A stretch of DNA of 64,000 nt from Candidatus Methylomirabilota bacterium (lineage in GTDB: Bacteria > Methylomirabilota > Methylomirabilia > Rokubacteriales > CSP1-6), in assembly GCA_046727415.1 (NCBI GenBank), contig JBKPCO010000021.1, forward strand, positions 34,052 through 98,051, written 5' to 3'. The notes beneath the pieces were generated by a model, which saw only the letters and a program-made list of their open reading frames with translations, had not been told where the DNA came from and made no database searches. A program made the translations under genes and the position numbers. Each line of letters starts with the position of its first letter. Position 1 is the stretch's first letter. Shown in pieces: positions 18,301 to 27,607 of the stretch.

Positions 18301-19742
18301 CAGAGCATGGCGAAGCGCCGGATGCGCGGCGCTGTCGGATCGCAACCGGCCTCGGGCAGATGCTTCGTCAGGAGCTCCTGGGGATCCTGATAGCCCCAGT
18401 TCGCGACGAGCTTCGCGAGCCGGTCGCGCATGTCGCGCGGAAGCCCGAGCGCCTGCCCGACCTCGCGCGCCGCGCTGCGACCGCGATACGTGATGACGTT
18501 GGCGGTCATCCCGGCGCCGAGCCGACCGTAGCGGCGATAGACATGCTGGATGACGGCTTCGCGCCGGTCGCCGCTCGGCAGATCGAGATCGATGTCGGGC
18601 CACTCGTCGCGCGCCTCGCTCAGGAACCGCTCGAACAGGAGCTCCATGCCGACCGGATCGACCGCGGTGATCCCGAGGGCGTAGCAGACCGCGCTGTTGG
18701 CCGCCGAGCCGCGGCCTTGAACGAGGATATCGTGGGTCCGGCAATGCTCGACGATGTCCCAGACGATCAGGAAATAGCCTGCGAGGTCGAGACGGCCGAT
18801 GAGGTCGAGCTCGTGTGCGACCTGACGGCGCGCCCGGGCCGCCAGCGGCCCCATACCGTAGCGCGTTCGGACGCCGCGCTCGGTCAGCTCGCGCAGATAC
18901 CCGAGCGGCGTCTGGCCCGGTGGCAGCGGAAACTCGGGGAACCGGTAGCCGAGATCCTTCAGGGTGAACGCCAGCCGCATCGCCAGCTCACCGGTGGCGG
19001 AGATCGCGTCGGGCAGATCCCGGAACAGCTCGGTCATCTCGGCGCCGCGCTTCAGCGAGCGCTCGCCGTTCGCCAGCAGGCGGCGGCCCGCGCGATCGAG
19101 ATCGGTCTTCTCGCGAATGCATGTGAAGACGTCGGCGAGCGGGCGACCCTCGGGGCGCGCGAAGAGCGGCTGGTTGGAAGCGACGAGCGCCACGGGGACC
19201 GCGCGCGCGAGCGCCACCAGCCCCTGGAGGATTTCTTCCTGGTCGCGGAGGAAATGACGCTGGATCTCGACGAAGCAGCTCGAGCGGCCGAACATCGCCA
19301 CCAGGCGCGCCAGAACCAGCCGGGCGCCGTCGACGTCGCCACTCGCCAGGCGCCGCGCGAGCGGGCCGCGCGTGCCCCCGGTGAGACATACCAGCCCGGC
19401 GGCGTACGGCTCGAGGTCGTCGAGCGCGATCGCGGCGGCGCCCTTCGGAGCCCCGAGCTTCATCCGCGTGATCAGGCGGCACAGGTTCTGATAGCCCTCG
19501 CGGTCCTCGACGAGCAGCGGCAGGCGCGAGCCGTCGGCCAGTGTGATCTCGCTGCCGACGATCGGCTTCACGCCCGCGTTCGCGGCCGCCCGGGTGAGCC
19601 GCGCCGCGCCGTAGACGCCGTCGCGATCGACGAGGGCCACCGCCGGCATCTCGAGCCGCGCCGCCTCGGCGGCGAACGCCTCCGGGTGCTCGGCGCCCTC
19701 GAGGAACGAGAAGGCCGATTGCGCGTGGAGCTCGATGAACAC
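15369..19742 (-). CDS. dnaE2: Error-prone DNA polymerase III alpha subunit DnaE2 (ImuC), interrupted by an intein.
   Basis: The PHP domain N-terminus is ELHAQSAFSFLEGA. Pol III alpha core blocks are present (GSAANSAVCYALGITAVDP, IDLDLPSGDRREAVIQ), and there is an OB-fold C-terminus. The likely start is the GTG at 19742, 2 nt after the imuB stop. A 423-aa intein is inserted between ...ALYGFPE and SHASSFALL. Confidence 0.9.
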   Translation of the reverse strand: MFIELHAQSAFSFLEGAEHPEAFAAEAARLEMPAVALVDRDGVYGAARLTRAAANAGVKPIVGSEITLADGSRLPLLVEDREGYQNLCRLITRMKLGAPKGAAAIALDDLEPYAAGLVCLTGGTRGPLARRLASGDVDGARLVLARLVAMFGRSSCFVEIQRHFLRDQEEILQGLVALARAVPVALVASNQPLFARPEGRPLADVFTCIREKTDLDRAGRRLLANGERSLKRGAEMTELFRDLPDAISATGELAMRLAFTLKDLGYRFPEFPLPPGQTPLGYLRELTERGVRTRYGMGPLAARARRQVAHELDLIGRLDLAGYFLIVWDIVEHCRTHDILVQGRGSAANSAVCYALGITAVDPVGMELLFERFLSEARDEWPDIDLDLPSGDRREAVIQHVYRRYGRLGAGMTANVITYRGRSAAREVGQALGLPRDMRDRLAKLVANWGYQDPQELLTKHLPEAGCDPTAPRIRRFAMLWTRIQDLPRHLGQHSGGMVIAAGRLDDVVPLEPATMPGRVVVQWDKDDCAGLGIVKVDLLGLGMMSVIQDSLALVRETGGDVDLARLPPDDPAVYQSLQEADTIGVFQVESRAQMATLPRVRPERFYDLVVQVAIIRPGPIVGDMVHPYIRRRRGREPVTYPHPSLEPILRRTLGVPLFQEQLLRMAMVTAGFTATEAEELRRAFGFKRSERLMAEVETKLRAGMARQGIHGAAAEEIVHAITAFALYGFPECVVGETRVLDADTGGWVTIEDIVSGRVRVEKTLASDASMRLRKRRVLAATSSGPRMVYRLRTALGREIMATAEHPLLTMHGWRGLASLQVGDYIAAARRLPASGRRRWHRHQLIVLADLIAEGNLCHPTTFYFYTTSSQHRDEFVDAVQQFDNTRATIARHGSCYSVHVRRHDASKPIGAVQWARRLGIWDANARAKRLPEEVFELCPVDLALLLARLWEGDGSISGAGHASYDTASRRLAEDIQHLLLRLGIVSRVYSRSRPYRGRHVTSFVVTITGQENLRRFDRRIARRFLDHDKWQRVRNLATKGVQRRASRVVVPVTVKAVIDRERHHRGATWADVGHGAGVALRELVSPNESKRGYRRWVAARLARYFDSPELARVAESDLYWDRVLSIDPVGTRETYDLHIEGDHNFLANDLVVHNSHASSFALLAYASAYLRVHHPAAFYAALLNNQPMGFYHPATIVKDAQRHGLRIRPIDVTRSEWLCVIEPDDTGLTVRLGLRYVRGLREAAGRALVAARRARPFDSVHDLARRARLERDELETLAAIGALAPFGGTRRANLWTVAASSAGPLFEDPPRELSPLSEMTEVERLAADYAGTSVTLGRHPMALRRAALRHAGVLSARELAGVHDGARVQVAGSVIVRQRPGTAKGFVFLSLEDETGIANVIVTPPIFARHRLALVAEPYLLVEGIAQRQDGVISVRAARARGLPALGHHVPSHDFG
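16278..17546 (-). mobile_element. Intein (423 aa) with a LAGLIDADG homing-endonuclease domain inside dnaE2.
   Basis: It begins with Cys (CVVGETRVLD) and ends ...LANDLVVHN, followed by Ser (the +1 residue). It carries two LAGLIDADG-like motifs (LADLIAEGN, LLARLWEGDGSISG). The flanking extein sequences rejoin as a conserved Pol III motif (GFPE-SHASS). Confidence 0.85.
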
Positions 19743-19744
19743 GG

Positions 19745-21259
19745 TCAGTCGTAGACCGCGTCGAGGTACCAGTGGTCGGTCAGCCGGTCGCGCGCGATGC
19801 GGCAGAGCGCGCCATCGGACAGCACAACGTCCCACTCCTCGCGCGCCCACGCCTCGACATCCCACCACTCGCCCGACGCGCGCCACGGCCCCGCCCACGC
19901 GAGAACGCGCCGCGCGTCCACGCGCATCGGCCGCGCGCCCACCGCCTCGACGTCGACACGCCGCGCCGGCCGCATTCGGCGGACGGCGAGCCGATGGTCC
20001 CGGCTGTCGAGGCCAGGCACATCCGGCGACCGCCTGTCGAGCGGCTCGGGCTGCGAGAACCCCAGCATCGTGAACGCGTCGGAACGATACGAGTCGACGA
20101 GCGCGGGCGAGCCGACATTCTCGGTGCCGACGAGGGCGGCCAGACGCGCGAGCACGGACACGAGGTCGCGGGGCGCGGGCGCGAGCGGCTGCCAGAGTCC
20201 TCCCTGCCCGGGCTGAGTCCGGATTGGATGTGCGCTCACCGCCACGCGCGTCACGGCGGCGCCGGGGGGGTGCGCCTCGAGATCGAGGATCACCAGAGTG
20301 AGGATCGGCTTGACGTCGACCACCGGGTAGGCGAGCGACACGTCTCGCGCGTGGTGACCACCGGTGGCGAGGCCGAGTCGGACCTCGAGCGCGTCAGCGG
20401 CGAGCGCCGCCGACGCGAGCCGCTTGCAGAGACGCTCCAGCACGGTCTCGAGCACGCCCGCGAGCACGCCGAGCGAGTCGATCTCCCACTCGAGCCCCTG
20501 CGCTTCCTCCCAGAATGGCGGCGGAGTCCACGGTCGGAACGGATCGTGATCGAGGCCGAGCGCCAGATCGTGAGCGCGCAGGCCGGCGGGGCCGAGCCGC
20601 GTGGCGAGCCCCGCGCGCGGCAGTGCCGCCAGCTCGCCGAGGGTCCGCACGCCCCATCGGGCGAGGGTCTCGGCGAGATCCGGAGAGAGTGCGAGCGTCG
20701 CCAGCGCCGCGCCCGCGAGCGCCGCGCGTTCCCGCCCCTCGGGAACGACCGTCACCGGGGCTGACGCCCTCGCCGCCGTCACTCTCGCGGCGGTCCGGCT
20801 GGCCGCCAACCCGACGCGGGCCGCGAGGCCGACCGCTCGCGCCTGATGCACGAGGCGTCGCCCGATGGCGGGGGGATCGCCGATGAGACGCTCGAGACCG
20901 ACCGTGTCGACGTAGACGAGCCCCGGGCCACCGTCCTCGATCCGTGGCGAAACGGCCAGCGCCGCTTCGAGCAGGGCCTGCCGCGCGGACAGAACGGACT
21001 CCTCGGTCAACGGTCGTGTCACCAGCATCGGGCAGCGGGCCCGCGCCTCCGCCTCCGTCATCCCCGGACGCACGCTCTGCGCGCGCGCCTCGGCGTTCGC
21101 CTCCACGATCATCGCGATCTTCGGCGCCGGTGAGCCGGCGCTCAGGCGATCGACCCGGACGTTGACGACGCCCAGCGGGCGCGCGCGCAGGGCAGGCTCG
21201 CCACGCTCGACCGCGGCCGCGTCGAAATACTCGACGAGCACGCAGGCGAAGCGGTTCAC
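19745..21259 (-). CDS. imuB: ImuB, a Y-family-polymerase-like mutasome component.
   Basis: The N-terminus is VNRFACVLVEYFDAAAVER, typical of ImuB/DinB-like proteins. The GTG start at 21259 overlaps the imuA stop (GTGA). The first 120 codons of ORF 19745..21619 are Arg-rich junk. Confidence 0.8.
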   Translation of the reverse strand: MNRFACVLVEYFDAAAVERGEPALRARPLGVVNVRVDRLSAGSPAPKIAMIVEANAEARAQSVRPGMTEAEARARCPMLVTRPLTEESVLSARQALLEAALAVSPRIEDGGPGLVYVDTVGLERLIGDPPAIGRRLVHQARAVGLAARVGLAASRTAARVTAARASAPVTVVPEGRERAALAGAALATLALSPDLAETLARWGVRTLGELAALPRAGLATRLGPAGLRAHDLALGLDHDPFRPWTPPPFWEEAQGLEWEIDSLGVLAGVLETVLERLCKRLASAALAADALEVRLGLATGGHHARDVSLAYPVVDVKPILTLVILDLEAHPPGAAVTRVAVSAHPIRTQPGQGGLWQPLAPAPRDLVSVLARLAALVGTENVGSPALVDSYRSDAFTMLGFSQPEPLDRRSPDVPGLDSRDHRLAVRRMRPARRVDVEAVGARPMRVDARRVLAWAGPWRASGEWWDVEAWAREEWDVVLSDGALCRIARDRLTDHWYLDAVYD

Positions 21260-21816
21260 GCGGTCCACCAGAGCGGCGGCGAATCCTCCGACCCTTGGCC
21301 GCGAGAGCGAAGCACCCGGGTTCTCGTGCGCACGCGCGCCAGGCGTGTGGGGACCGACCCGGGGCCGGTCCACTCGATCCCTTCCCGCAAGGTCTCGAGG
21401 GCCAGCGCCGCGCTCGATCCCGTGAGCCGACGCCGCCCGACGATCAGCAGCGCCACGTCGGTCCGCCGGACCGCGAACTTCAGGCGGAAGGACAGAGCCG
21501 GCGGAAGGCGAGGCACGCGCTCGCCGAGATCGAGCGCGACCAGCGCGAACCCCGGGCAGCGAACGAGCATGTCGGCGGCGCGAAGCGCCACGCCTCGATC
21601 GCTTCCGCATCGGACCCACAGAAGCCGGCGCAGATCGATCCCCGCCCGCGCCGCCGACCGTGGGTCGAATGTCTCCTCGGCGTCGACGAGGGCCGCGGTC
21701 TCGCCCTGACTCACGACGTCGCTGAGGCAGGCCAGGAGATAGCTCGTACGACCGGAGGAGGGCTTCCCGACGATCTCGGTGATCTCGCCTCGGATCGGGG
21801 CCACGCTCTTGGCCAT
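21256..21816 (-). CDS. imuA: ImuA, a RecA/SulA-like cell-division-inhibitor homolog.
   Basis: 186 aa with a P-loop-like GKPSSGRTS, placed upstream of imuB-dnaE2 in the canonical cassette order. Confidence 0.7.
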   Translation of the reverse strand: MAKSVAPIRGEITEIVGKPSSGRTSYLLACLSDVVSQGETAALVDAEETFDPRSAARAGIDLRRLLWVRCGSDRGVALRAADMLVRCPGFALVALDLGERVPRLPPALSFRLKFAVRRTDVALLIVGRRRLTGSSAALALETLREGIEWTGPGSVPTRLARVRTRTRVLRSRGQGSEDSPPLWWTA

Positions 21817-21880
21817 AATGGAAAGCTAATCATGTGACGAGTATCAGGCAAGACGAAGATGTGGGGGAAGTGAGTGGAGG

Positions 21881-21898
21881 CCCCACTAGATAGTGGGG
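21881..21898. promoter_or_regulatory. Perfect 18-bp palindrome in the divergent imuA/SDR promoter region, a candidate operator (possible SOS box).
   Basis: CCCCACTA-GA-TAGTGGGG has 8-bp arms. It lies 65 bp upstream of the imuA start and 50 bp upstream of the ATG at 21949. Confidence 0.35.
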
Positions 21899-21948
21899 TT
21901 CAGCCCAGGAAGACGCGATCGGCTAGAATGCGTGCCGAGGAGGCTTCT

Positions 21949-22716
21949 ATGGAGCTCCGCACTGTGAAAGCCGTCGTGACCGGTGGCGCATCCGGGCTTG
22001 GACGAGCGACCGCCGAGCGGCTCGTCGACGCGGGCGCGTCGGTCACCCTGCTCGACCGCCCGGCGTCGCCGGGCGCCGAAGCCGCGAAGGCTATGGGAGA
22101 GCGCGCCATCTTCACTCCTGCCGATGTGACGCTCGCCGACGAGGTGAGCGCGGCGCTCCAGACCGCTCGCGACCGGCTGGGCGACGTCAACGTCCTTGTC
22201 AACTGCGCCGGCATCGGCACAGCCATGAAGACGTTCGGAAAGGCGGGTCCGGCCAAGCTTGAGGACTTCACCCGGGTCATTCAGGTGAACCTCGTCGGCA
22301 CCTTCAACTGCATCCGGCTCGCCGCCGCTCTCATGGCCAAGAACACGCCCAGCGCCGAGGGCGAGCGCGGAGTCGTCATCAACACCGCATCGGTCGCGGC
22401 CTTCGACGGCCAGATCGGCCAGGCGGCCTACTCGGCCTCGAAGGGCGGCATCGTCGGCATGACGCTGCCCGTCGCGCGCGACCTCGCCGAGCTGGGCATT
22501 CGCGTCATGACCATCGCGCCCGGGATCTTCGAGACGCCGATGCTCGCCACCTTGCCCGATCCCGTTCGGGTGTCGCTCGGCAAACAGGTGCCTTTCCCCC
22601 AGCGGCTCGGCCGTCCCGCGGAATTCGCAGCGCTCGCGCTCCATATCATCGAGAACGCGATGCTGAACGGAGAGACGATCCGGCTCGACGGCGCGATCCG
22701 CATGCAGCCCCGCTGA
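21949..22716 (+). CDS. SDR-family 3-hydroxyacyl-CoA dehydrogenase-like oxidoreductase.
   Basis: [23 protein letters not shown] and YSASKGG. 255 aa. A GAGGAGG Shine-Dalgarno sits 7 nt upstream of the ATG. Confidence 0.85.
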   Translation: MELRTVKAVVTGGASGLGRATAERLVDAGASVTLLDRPASPGAEAAKAMGERAIFTPADVTLADEVSAALQTARDRLGDVNVLVNCAGIGTAMKTFGKAGPAKLEDFTRVIQVNLVGTFNCIRLAAALMAKNTPSAEGERGVVINTASVAAFDGQIGQAAYSASKGGIVGMTLPVARDLAELGIRVMTIAPGIFETPMLATLPDPVRVSLGKQVPFPQRLGRPAEFAALALHIIENAMLNGETIRLDGAIRMQPR

Positions 22717-22725
22717 CGGCCGTCA

Positions 22726-23436
22726 GTGCCCGACGCCGAACGGCCACAGCGCGCGCGGCGGGCCGTCAAAAGCGTGGCCTCCCGCGTCGCCTTCAGAGGA
22801 TGGTCGCGTCTCTCGGGTCGGATTGTCGTCATCGATCAGGGCAACGAGCGGCGGCTCATGGTCCACGGCGAGATCCTCTCGATCTATCCGCTCGACGCCG
22901 ACTGGCGACCGGTCCGCCGCGAGTACTGGTGGAAGGCGCTCGAGGCCGTTCCGCTGCCGCCGAGGCCGGAGGTGCTGCTAGTCGGACTGGGCGGCGGAAC
23001 GCAGGTGCACCTCCTGTACCGGCTCTCCGACCCGCGCTCCATCACGGTGATCGAGCGCGATCCAGTCATCGTGCGGGTGGCTCGCCAGTGGTTCGGGCTC
23101 GATCGCGTCGGCAAGCTCGAGATGGTGTGCGCCGACGCGGAGACCGCGGTCGCCGGCCTCGCGCGGATGGGGCGCCGGTTCGACTACGTGATGGAGGACG
23201 TCACGTACGCGGATCCGCCGGAGGTCGCGCTGCCGAAGCTCCTGGCGATGGTGCCGCTGGTCACGCCGCTGGGATCGCTCGTCGTCAATCGCCATCGGCG
23301 AGGAGACCCGCGGCCGCTCGCCCGCACGCTGCGCCTCTACTTCAGGGAGGTCCGGCTGCGCCGAGTGCGGAAGACCGGCGAGAACACGCTGATCTGCTGC
23401 TCGCGCCCGCTGCTCAGCTCCGCGGCAGACGCTTGA
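22726..23436 (+). CDS. Spermidine-synthase-like (polyamine aminopropyltransferase family) protein.
   Basis: [31 protein letters not shown] and DYVMEDV match the spermidine synthase fold. The start is uncertain. Confidence 0.5.
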   Translation: MPDAERPQRARRAVKSVASRVAFRGWSRLSGRIVVIDQGNERRLMVHGEILSIYPLDADWRPVRREYWWKALEAVPLPPRPEVLLVGLGGGTQVHLLYRLSDPRSITVIERDPVIVRVARQWFGLDRVGKLEMVCADAETAVAGLARMGRRFDYVMEDVTYADPPEVALPKLLAMVPLVTPLGSLVVNRHRRGDPRPLARTLRLYFREVRLRRVRKTGENTLICCSRPLLSSAADA

Positions 23437-25093
23437 AGCGGAGGCGGTGGGGCCGCTCGGCGTCGGCGCCGAGTCGCCGGCGGCGGTCGGCCTCGTAGTC
23501 CGCGTAGTTCCCCTCGAACCACACCACGCGGCCCTCGTCCTCGAAGGCGAGCATGTGCGTCGCGATCCGGTCGAGGAACCACCGGTCGTGGCTGATCACG
23601 ACGGCGCAGCCGGCGAACTCCAGGAGCGCGTCCTCCAGGGCGCGGAGCGTATCGACGTCGAGGTCGTTGGTCGGCTCGTCGAGCAGCAGGAGATTGCCGC
23701 CGCTCTTGAGCATCGTCGCCAGGTGCAGGCGATTGCGCTCGCCGCCCGACAGCTCCGACACGCGCTTCTGCTGGTCGGTGCCCTTGAAGTTGAACGACGC
23801 GACGTAGCTGCGCGACTGCACGGACCTCCCGCCGAACGTCAGCGTGTCGGCACCGCCGGAGATCGCCTCCCAGACGGTGCGTTGGCCGTCGAGGGCGTCA
23901 CGGCTCTGGTCGACGTAGGCGAGCTTCACCGTCTCGCCGACGCGCAGGGCGCCAGCGTCGAGCTTCTCCTGACCGACGATCATCCGGACGAGTGTCGTCT
24001 TGCCGGCGCCGTTCGGGCCGATGACGCCGACGATCCCGCCACGCGGCAGCTTGAACGAGAGCCCCTCGATCAGCGTCCGGTCTCCGTATCCCTTGCGGAC
24101 GTCGTCCGCCTCGACGACCACGTCGCCGAGCCGCGGCCCGGGCGGGATCGCGATCTCGAGCGCGGCGGCGCGCTTCTCGAAGGATTCGTTGAGCATGGCG
24201 TCGTACGCCTGCAGCCGCGCCTTGCTCTTGGCCTGCCGGGCGCGCGGCGCCATCTGCACCCACTCGAGCTCGCGAGCCAGCGTGCGCTGGCGCGAGAGGT
24301 CGGCCTTCTCCTCCTGGGCGAGCCGTTCGCGCTTCTGCTCGAGCCAGGAGGAGTAGTTGCCTTCCCACGGAATGCCGTGCCCGCGATCGAGCTCGAGGAT
24401 CCAGCCCGCGACGTTGTCGAGGAAGTAGCGGTCGTGTGTGATCGCGACGACTGTCCCCGGGTATTCCTTCAGGTAGCGCTCGAGCCAGGCGACCGACTCG
24501 GCATCGAGGTGGTTGGTTGGCTCGTCGAGCAGCAGCATGTCCGGGCGCGAGAGGAGTAGGCGGCAGAGCGCGACGCGCCGCCGCTCGCCGCCCGAGATCT
24601 TGGTGACGTCCATGTCGCCCGGCGGCACCCGGAGCGCGTCCATCGCGAGCTCGACAGTACGGTCGAGATCCCAGGCGTTGGCGGCGTCGATGCTATCTTG
24701 TAAACGCGCCTGCTCGTCGAGCAGCTTCTCCATCTCGTCGGCGTCGATCGGCTGGCCGAGCTTCGCGCTGACCTCCTCGAAGCGCGTCAGCAGCGCGCGG
24801 GTCTCGGCCACGCCTTCCTCGACGTTGCCCAGGACGTCCTTCTTTGGATCGAGCTGCGGCTCTTGCGGCAGGTGGCCGATCTTGAGCCCGGCGGCCGGGA
24901 ACGCCTCGCCGAGGAAGTCCTTGTCGACGCCCGCCATGATACGGAGCAGCGACGACTTGCCGGCACCGTTGGCGCCGAGCACGCCGATCTTGGCGCCGTG
25001 AAAGAACGAGAGATAGATGCCGCGCAGGATCTCCCGCTTCGGGGGAACGACCTTGCGCAGGTCCTTCATGACGAACGCGTATTCGCCGGGCAT
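23414..25093 (-). CDS. ettA: ABC-F ATPase EttA (energy-dependent translational throttle).
   Basis: The N-terminus is [23 protein letters not shown]. Two ABC cassettes are present ([27 protein letters not shown], two LSGGE signatures) with an inter-domain linker. About 559 aa. Confidence 0.9.
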   Translation of the reverse strand: MPGEYAFVMKDLRKVVPPKREILRGIYLSFFHGAKIGVLGANGAGKSSLLRIMAGVDKDFLGEAFPAAGLKIGHLPQEPQLDPKKDVLGNVEEGVAETRALLTRFEEVSAKLGQPIDADEMEKLLDEQARLQDSIDAANAWDLDRTVELAMDALRVPPGDMDVTKISGGERRRVALCRLLLSRPDMLLLDEPTNHLDAESVAWLERYLKEYPGTVVAITHDRYFLDNVAGWILELDRGHGIPWEGNYSSWLEQKRERLAQEEKADLSRQRTLARELEWVQMAPRARQAKSKARLQAYDAMLNESFEKRAAALEIAIPPGPRLGDVVVEADDVRKGYGDRTLIEGLSFKLPRGGIVGVIGPNGAGKTTLVRMIVGQEKLDAGALRVGETVKLAYVDQSRDALDGQRTVWEAISGGADTLTFGGRSVQSRSYVASFNFKGTDQQKRVSELSGGERNRLHLATMLKSGGNLLLLDEPTNDLDVDTLRALEDALLEFAGCAVVISHDRWFLDRIATHMLAFEDEGRVVWFEGNYADYEADRRRRLGADAERPHRLRFKRLPRS

Positions 25094-25095
25094 GG

Positions 25096-25554
25096 CTAGG
25101 CGCGCACTCCCTTCGCGGCGATCAGACGTCGGTGCTCGGGCATCATGCAGCGATCCTGGACGACGCGAATACCCGCCCGCGCGAGCTTCTCGGCGGCGGC
25201 GGCGTTGCGAATACCGAGCTGGAACCACACGACCTTCGGACGCCACGACAATGCCAGGATCTCCTCAGCGTGGCCGACGAGATATTCGGGCCGTCGGAAG
25301 ACCTCGATGAGGTCGGCTTCCTCTGTCAGCGCGTCGAGCCGCGCCACCGTCATCGCGTCGTGGAGGCGCTGGCTGGCGAAGCGCGGATTCACCGGCAGGA
25401 TCCGGTATCCGTGCTCGCGCAGATAGGCTGGAACGTAATGGGCGGCTTCGGACGGACCGGGCTTGGCCCCGAGCACCGCGACGGTCCGAGCCTCCTTCAG
25501 AATCGTGGTCAGGCCCGCATCGTCGTCGACGAGATTGGCACGCCAGTCGGTCAT
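25096..25554 (-). CDS. CoA-binding domain protein (YccU-like).
   Basis: 152 aa containing [34 protein letters not shown]. Confidence 0.65.
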   Translation of the reverse strand: MTDWRANLVDDDAGLTTILKEARTVAVLGAKPGPSEAAHYVPAYLREHGYRILPVNPRFASQRLHDAMTVARLDALTEEADLIEVFRRPEYLVGHAEEILALSWRPKVVWFQLGIRNAAAAEKLARAGIRVVQDRCMMPEHRRLIAAKGVRA

Positions 25555-25569
25555 GGCGAATTCACCTTC

Positions 25570-26712
25570 TCACGGAGCCGCCAGCACGGCAACGATCTCG
25601 GCGCCCATGATCTCGGCCCGCCAGCGGCGCACGCCGTCGAGCGTCGCAAGCGTCGCTGGATCGCGCGGGCCGGCGAGAGCCACGGTGGTGATCAGCCGAT
25701 TGGGCAAGAGCAGACCGGGCTCGAGGCCGAAGCGCGGCGCGGCGTCCTTGCGCCACTGGCGGAGCGCCTCGATCCGCCGCGCGACGATCCCGGGGATGCG
25801 CGGCCGTGGAAGGCGCTCGAAAGTTGGCAAGTCGGTCGCCGGCAGCGCCTGCGCCCGCACCACCGCAGCGAGAATCGCCCCGCCCCAGCGCGCGATCACC
25901 TTCGGCGTGCAGCCCGGAATTCCCTCGAGTCCCGAGAGATCGCTCGGCGGCGTCAGCGCCAGCCGCACCAGCGTCTCCTCGCCGAGGATTTTGAACGGCG
26001 GACGGTCCATGGTGCGCGCGAGGCTCTCCCGAAGCTCGTAGAGCTCCCGGAGAATCGCGAGGCCGCGGGACGGAAGATCGCGCGCGCCCTTGAGGCCCGC
26101 GAAGGCGTTGGGATCCGGGACCCGCTCGACCGCCGGCAGCGCGGCGAGGGCGGCACATTCCTCCTCGACCCAGGCGAGTCGGCCCACCCGGGCCAGCTCC
26201 TCGGTGAGCCGCTGCCTGAGCGCGAAAAGGTGCAGCACGTCGGCCTCCGCGTAGCGGCGCTGGGCTTCGGAGAGCGGCCGCCGCGACCAGTCGTCCCGCT
26301 GTTTCGAGGGCGGCAGCTCCACCCCGAGATAGGTCTGGAGCAGCACGTCGAGGCCGAGGGCCTTGGCGCCCAGGAAGCGCGCGGCGATCGAGGTGTCGAA
26401 GATCGCCGCGAAGCCGATCCCACGGCGCTTGAGCTGCACGAGATCGTTGTCGCCCGCGTGCAGCACGGTCGTCACCGAGGGCGCCGCGAACACCGACGCC
26501 AGCGGCGAGAGATCGCCGAGCGCCAGCGGATCGACCAGCCAGACGTCTTGGGACGGGACCGCGAGCTGGATGAGCGACAGGCGCTCCGGATAGTGGTGCA
26601 GGCTGTCGCCCTCGGTGTCGAGCGCGACCTCGCCGCCCGGCGCGCGCAGCCGCTGGGAGACCTCAGCGAGAGCGGGCGGCGTCTCGATCCAGCGGGACTC
26701 GGTCGTAGTGAT
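25570..26712 (-). CDS. rnd: Ribonuclease D, apparently with a non-canonical or mis-sequenced start codon.
   Basis: The DEDDy exonuclease block ALDTEGDSLHHYPERLSLIQL, an HRDC domain and an N-terminus resembling a conserved RNase D start (ITTT...) extend upstream of the first ATG/GTG/TTG, up to the codon after the upstream gene's stop. GAGGAG-agaag-ATC fits a Shine-Dalgarno/start arrangement, but ATC is not a canonical start. Confidence 0.7.
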   Translation of the reverse strand: MTTTESRWIETPPALAEVSQRLRAPGGEVALDTEGDSLHHYPERLSLIQLAVPSQDVWLVDPLALGDLSPLASVFAAPSVTTVLHAGDNDLVQLKRRGIGFAAIFDTSIAARFLGAKALGLDVLLQTYLGVELPPSKQRDDWSRRPLSEAQRRYAEADVLHLFALRQRLTEELARVGRLAWVEEECAALAALPAVERVPDPNAFAGLKGARDLPSRGLAILRELYELRESLARTMDRPPFKILGEETLVRLALTPPSDLSGLEGIPGCTPKVIARWGGAILAAVVRAQALPATDLPTFERLPRPRIPGIVARRIEALRQWRKDAAPRFGLEPGLLLPNRLITTVALAGPRDPATLATLDGVRRWRAEIMGAEIVAVLAAP

Positions 26713-26721
26713 CTTCTCTCC

Positions 26722-27096
26722 TCAATCCGGATCTCGAGCCCCGGACGCCTCGTCTCGGCCGAGGATGGGATCGAGCACCACGCGAAGCCGCTCGGAGGTG
26801 GCCGGCGCGCGCACCGACGCGGTGACGCCCAGGGCCTCGGCCCTCAAGAGGGTATCCGGGCCCATGTCGCGGGTCAACGCGATGACCCGCGCGCGCTTCG
26901 GCAGCCAGCGGCGGGCCTCCTCGACGGCGGCGAGCCCGGTCAGAACGAGCGTCACCGCCTCATCGCCGTCGACGACGCCGCTCGACGCGTCGACGCGCGT
27001 TGCGATCACGTGCGCCCGCGGAAAGAGGTCACGCAGCATGCCGGCGAGCGCCTCACGCGCCGACGCGTCGTCCTCGAGAATCAGAATCGTCGGCAC
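26722..27096 (-). CDS. Single-domain response regulator (receiver/CheY-like).
   Basis: ILILEDDASAREALAGMLRDLF carries the phospho-acceptor Asp context. The likely start is the GTG at 27096, because the longer ORF overlaps ridA. Confidence 0.55.
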   Translation of the reverse strand: MPTILILEDDASAREALAGMLRDLFPRAHVIATRVDASSGVVDGDEAVTLVLTGLAAVEEARRWLPKRARVIALTRDMGPDTLLRAEALGVTASVRAPATSERLRVVLDPILGRDEASGARDPD

Positions 27097-27169
27097 CGAT
27101 CCGAGTGTACCCGACGCGGGGGCGTCGCCGCGCCGTGGTAGGATGCGTGAGCGACGCGCGGAGGACGCG

Positions 27170-27607
27170 ATGGCCAAGGACATTTCGATCGTTCACCATG
27201 CCGACCGCCGGACCGATGTGATGATGCCGTACGCGCCCGGGATCGTCGTCCGCCGAGGGCAGCTTGTGTTCTTGTCGGGCGTCACCGCGGCCGCGGTCTA
27301 TCACAGCCACCCGCACCGCGAGGAAGAGTTCGATCTGCCGGCGACGATGCGCGAGCAGGCTGTGCTGGTAATGGAGAATCTCAAGAAGACGCTCGAGGCA
27401 GCCGGCTGTACCTTCGCCGATCTGGTCTCGGCGACGCGCTTCCTCACCGACGTCGCCGAACAGGATGATCTCAACCGCGTGTGGGCCGCGTACCTCGGCG
27501 GTCACCTGCCGACGACGACGACGGTCGAGGTCTCGCGCCTGGCGACGCACCCGCGGTGCAAGCTCGAGATCAGCGCGATCGCGGTGGCCGACGAGGCCCG
27601 GGGCTGA
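27170..27607 (+). CDS. RidA/YjgF-family (Rid) protein.
   Basis: 145 aa with the Rid-family C-terminal block PTTTTVEVSRLATHPRCKLEISAIA. A GGAGGA Shine-Dalgarno sits 5 nt upstream. Confidence 0.8.
   Translation: MAKDISIVHHADRRTDVMMPYAPGIVVRRGQLVFLSGVTAAAVYHSHPHREEEFDLPATMREQAVLVMENLKKTLEAAGCTFADLVSATRFLTDVAEQDDLNRVWAAYLGGHLPTTTTVEVSRLATHPRCKLEISAIAVADEARG

Noticed and set aside
21817-21948. Search for a known LexA box (GAAC-N4-GTTC, GTTC-N7-GTTC, the myxococcal CTRHAMRYBYGTTCAGS) upstream of imuA.
   Set aside because: No acceptable match was found. The GTTCAGC at 21897..21903 is not preceded by the required consensus. Only the unrelated 18-bp palindrome is reported.
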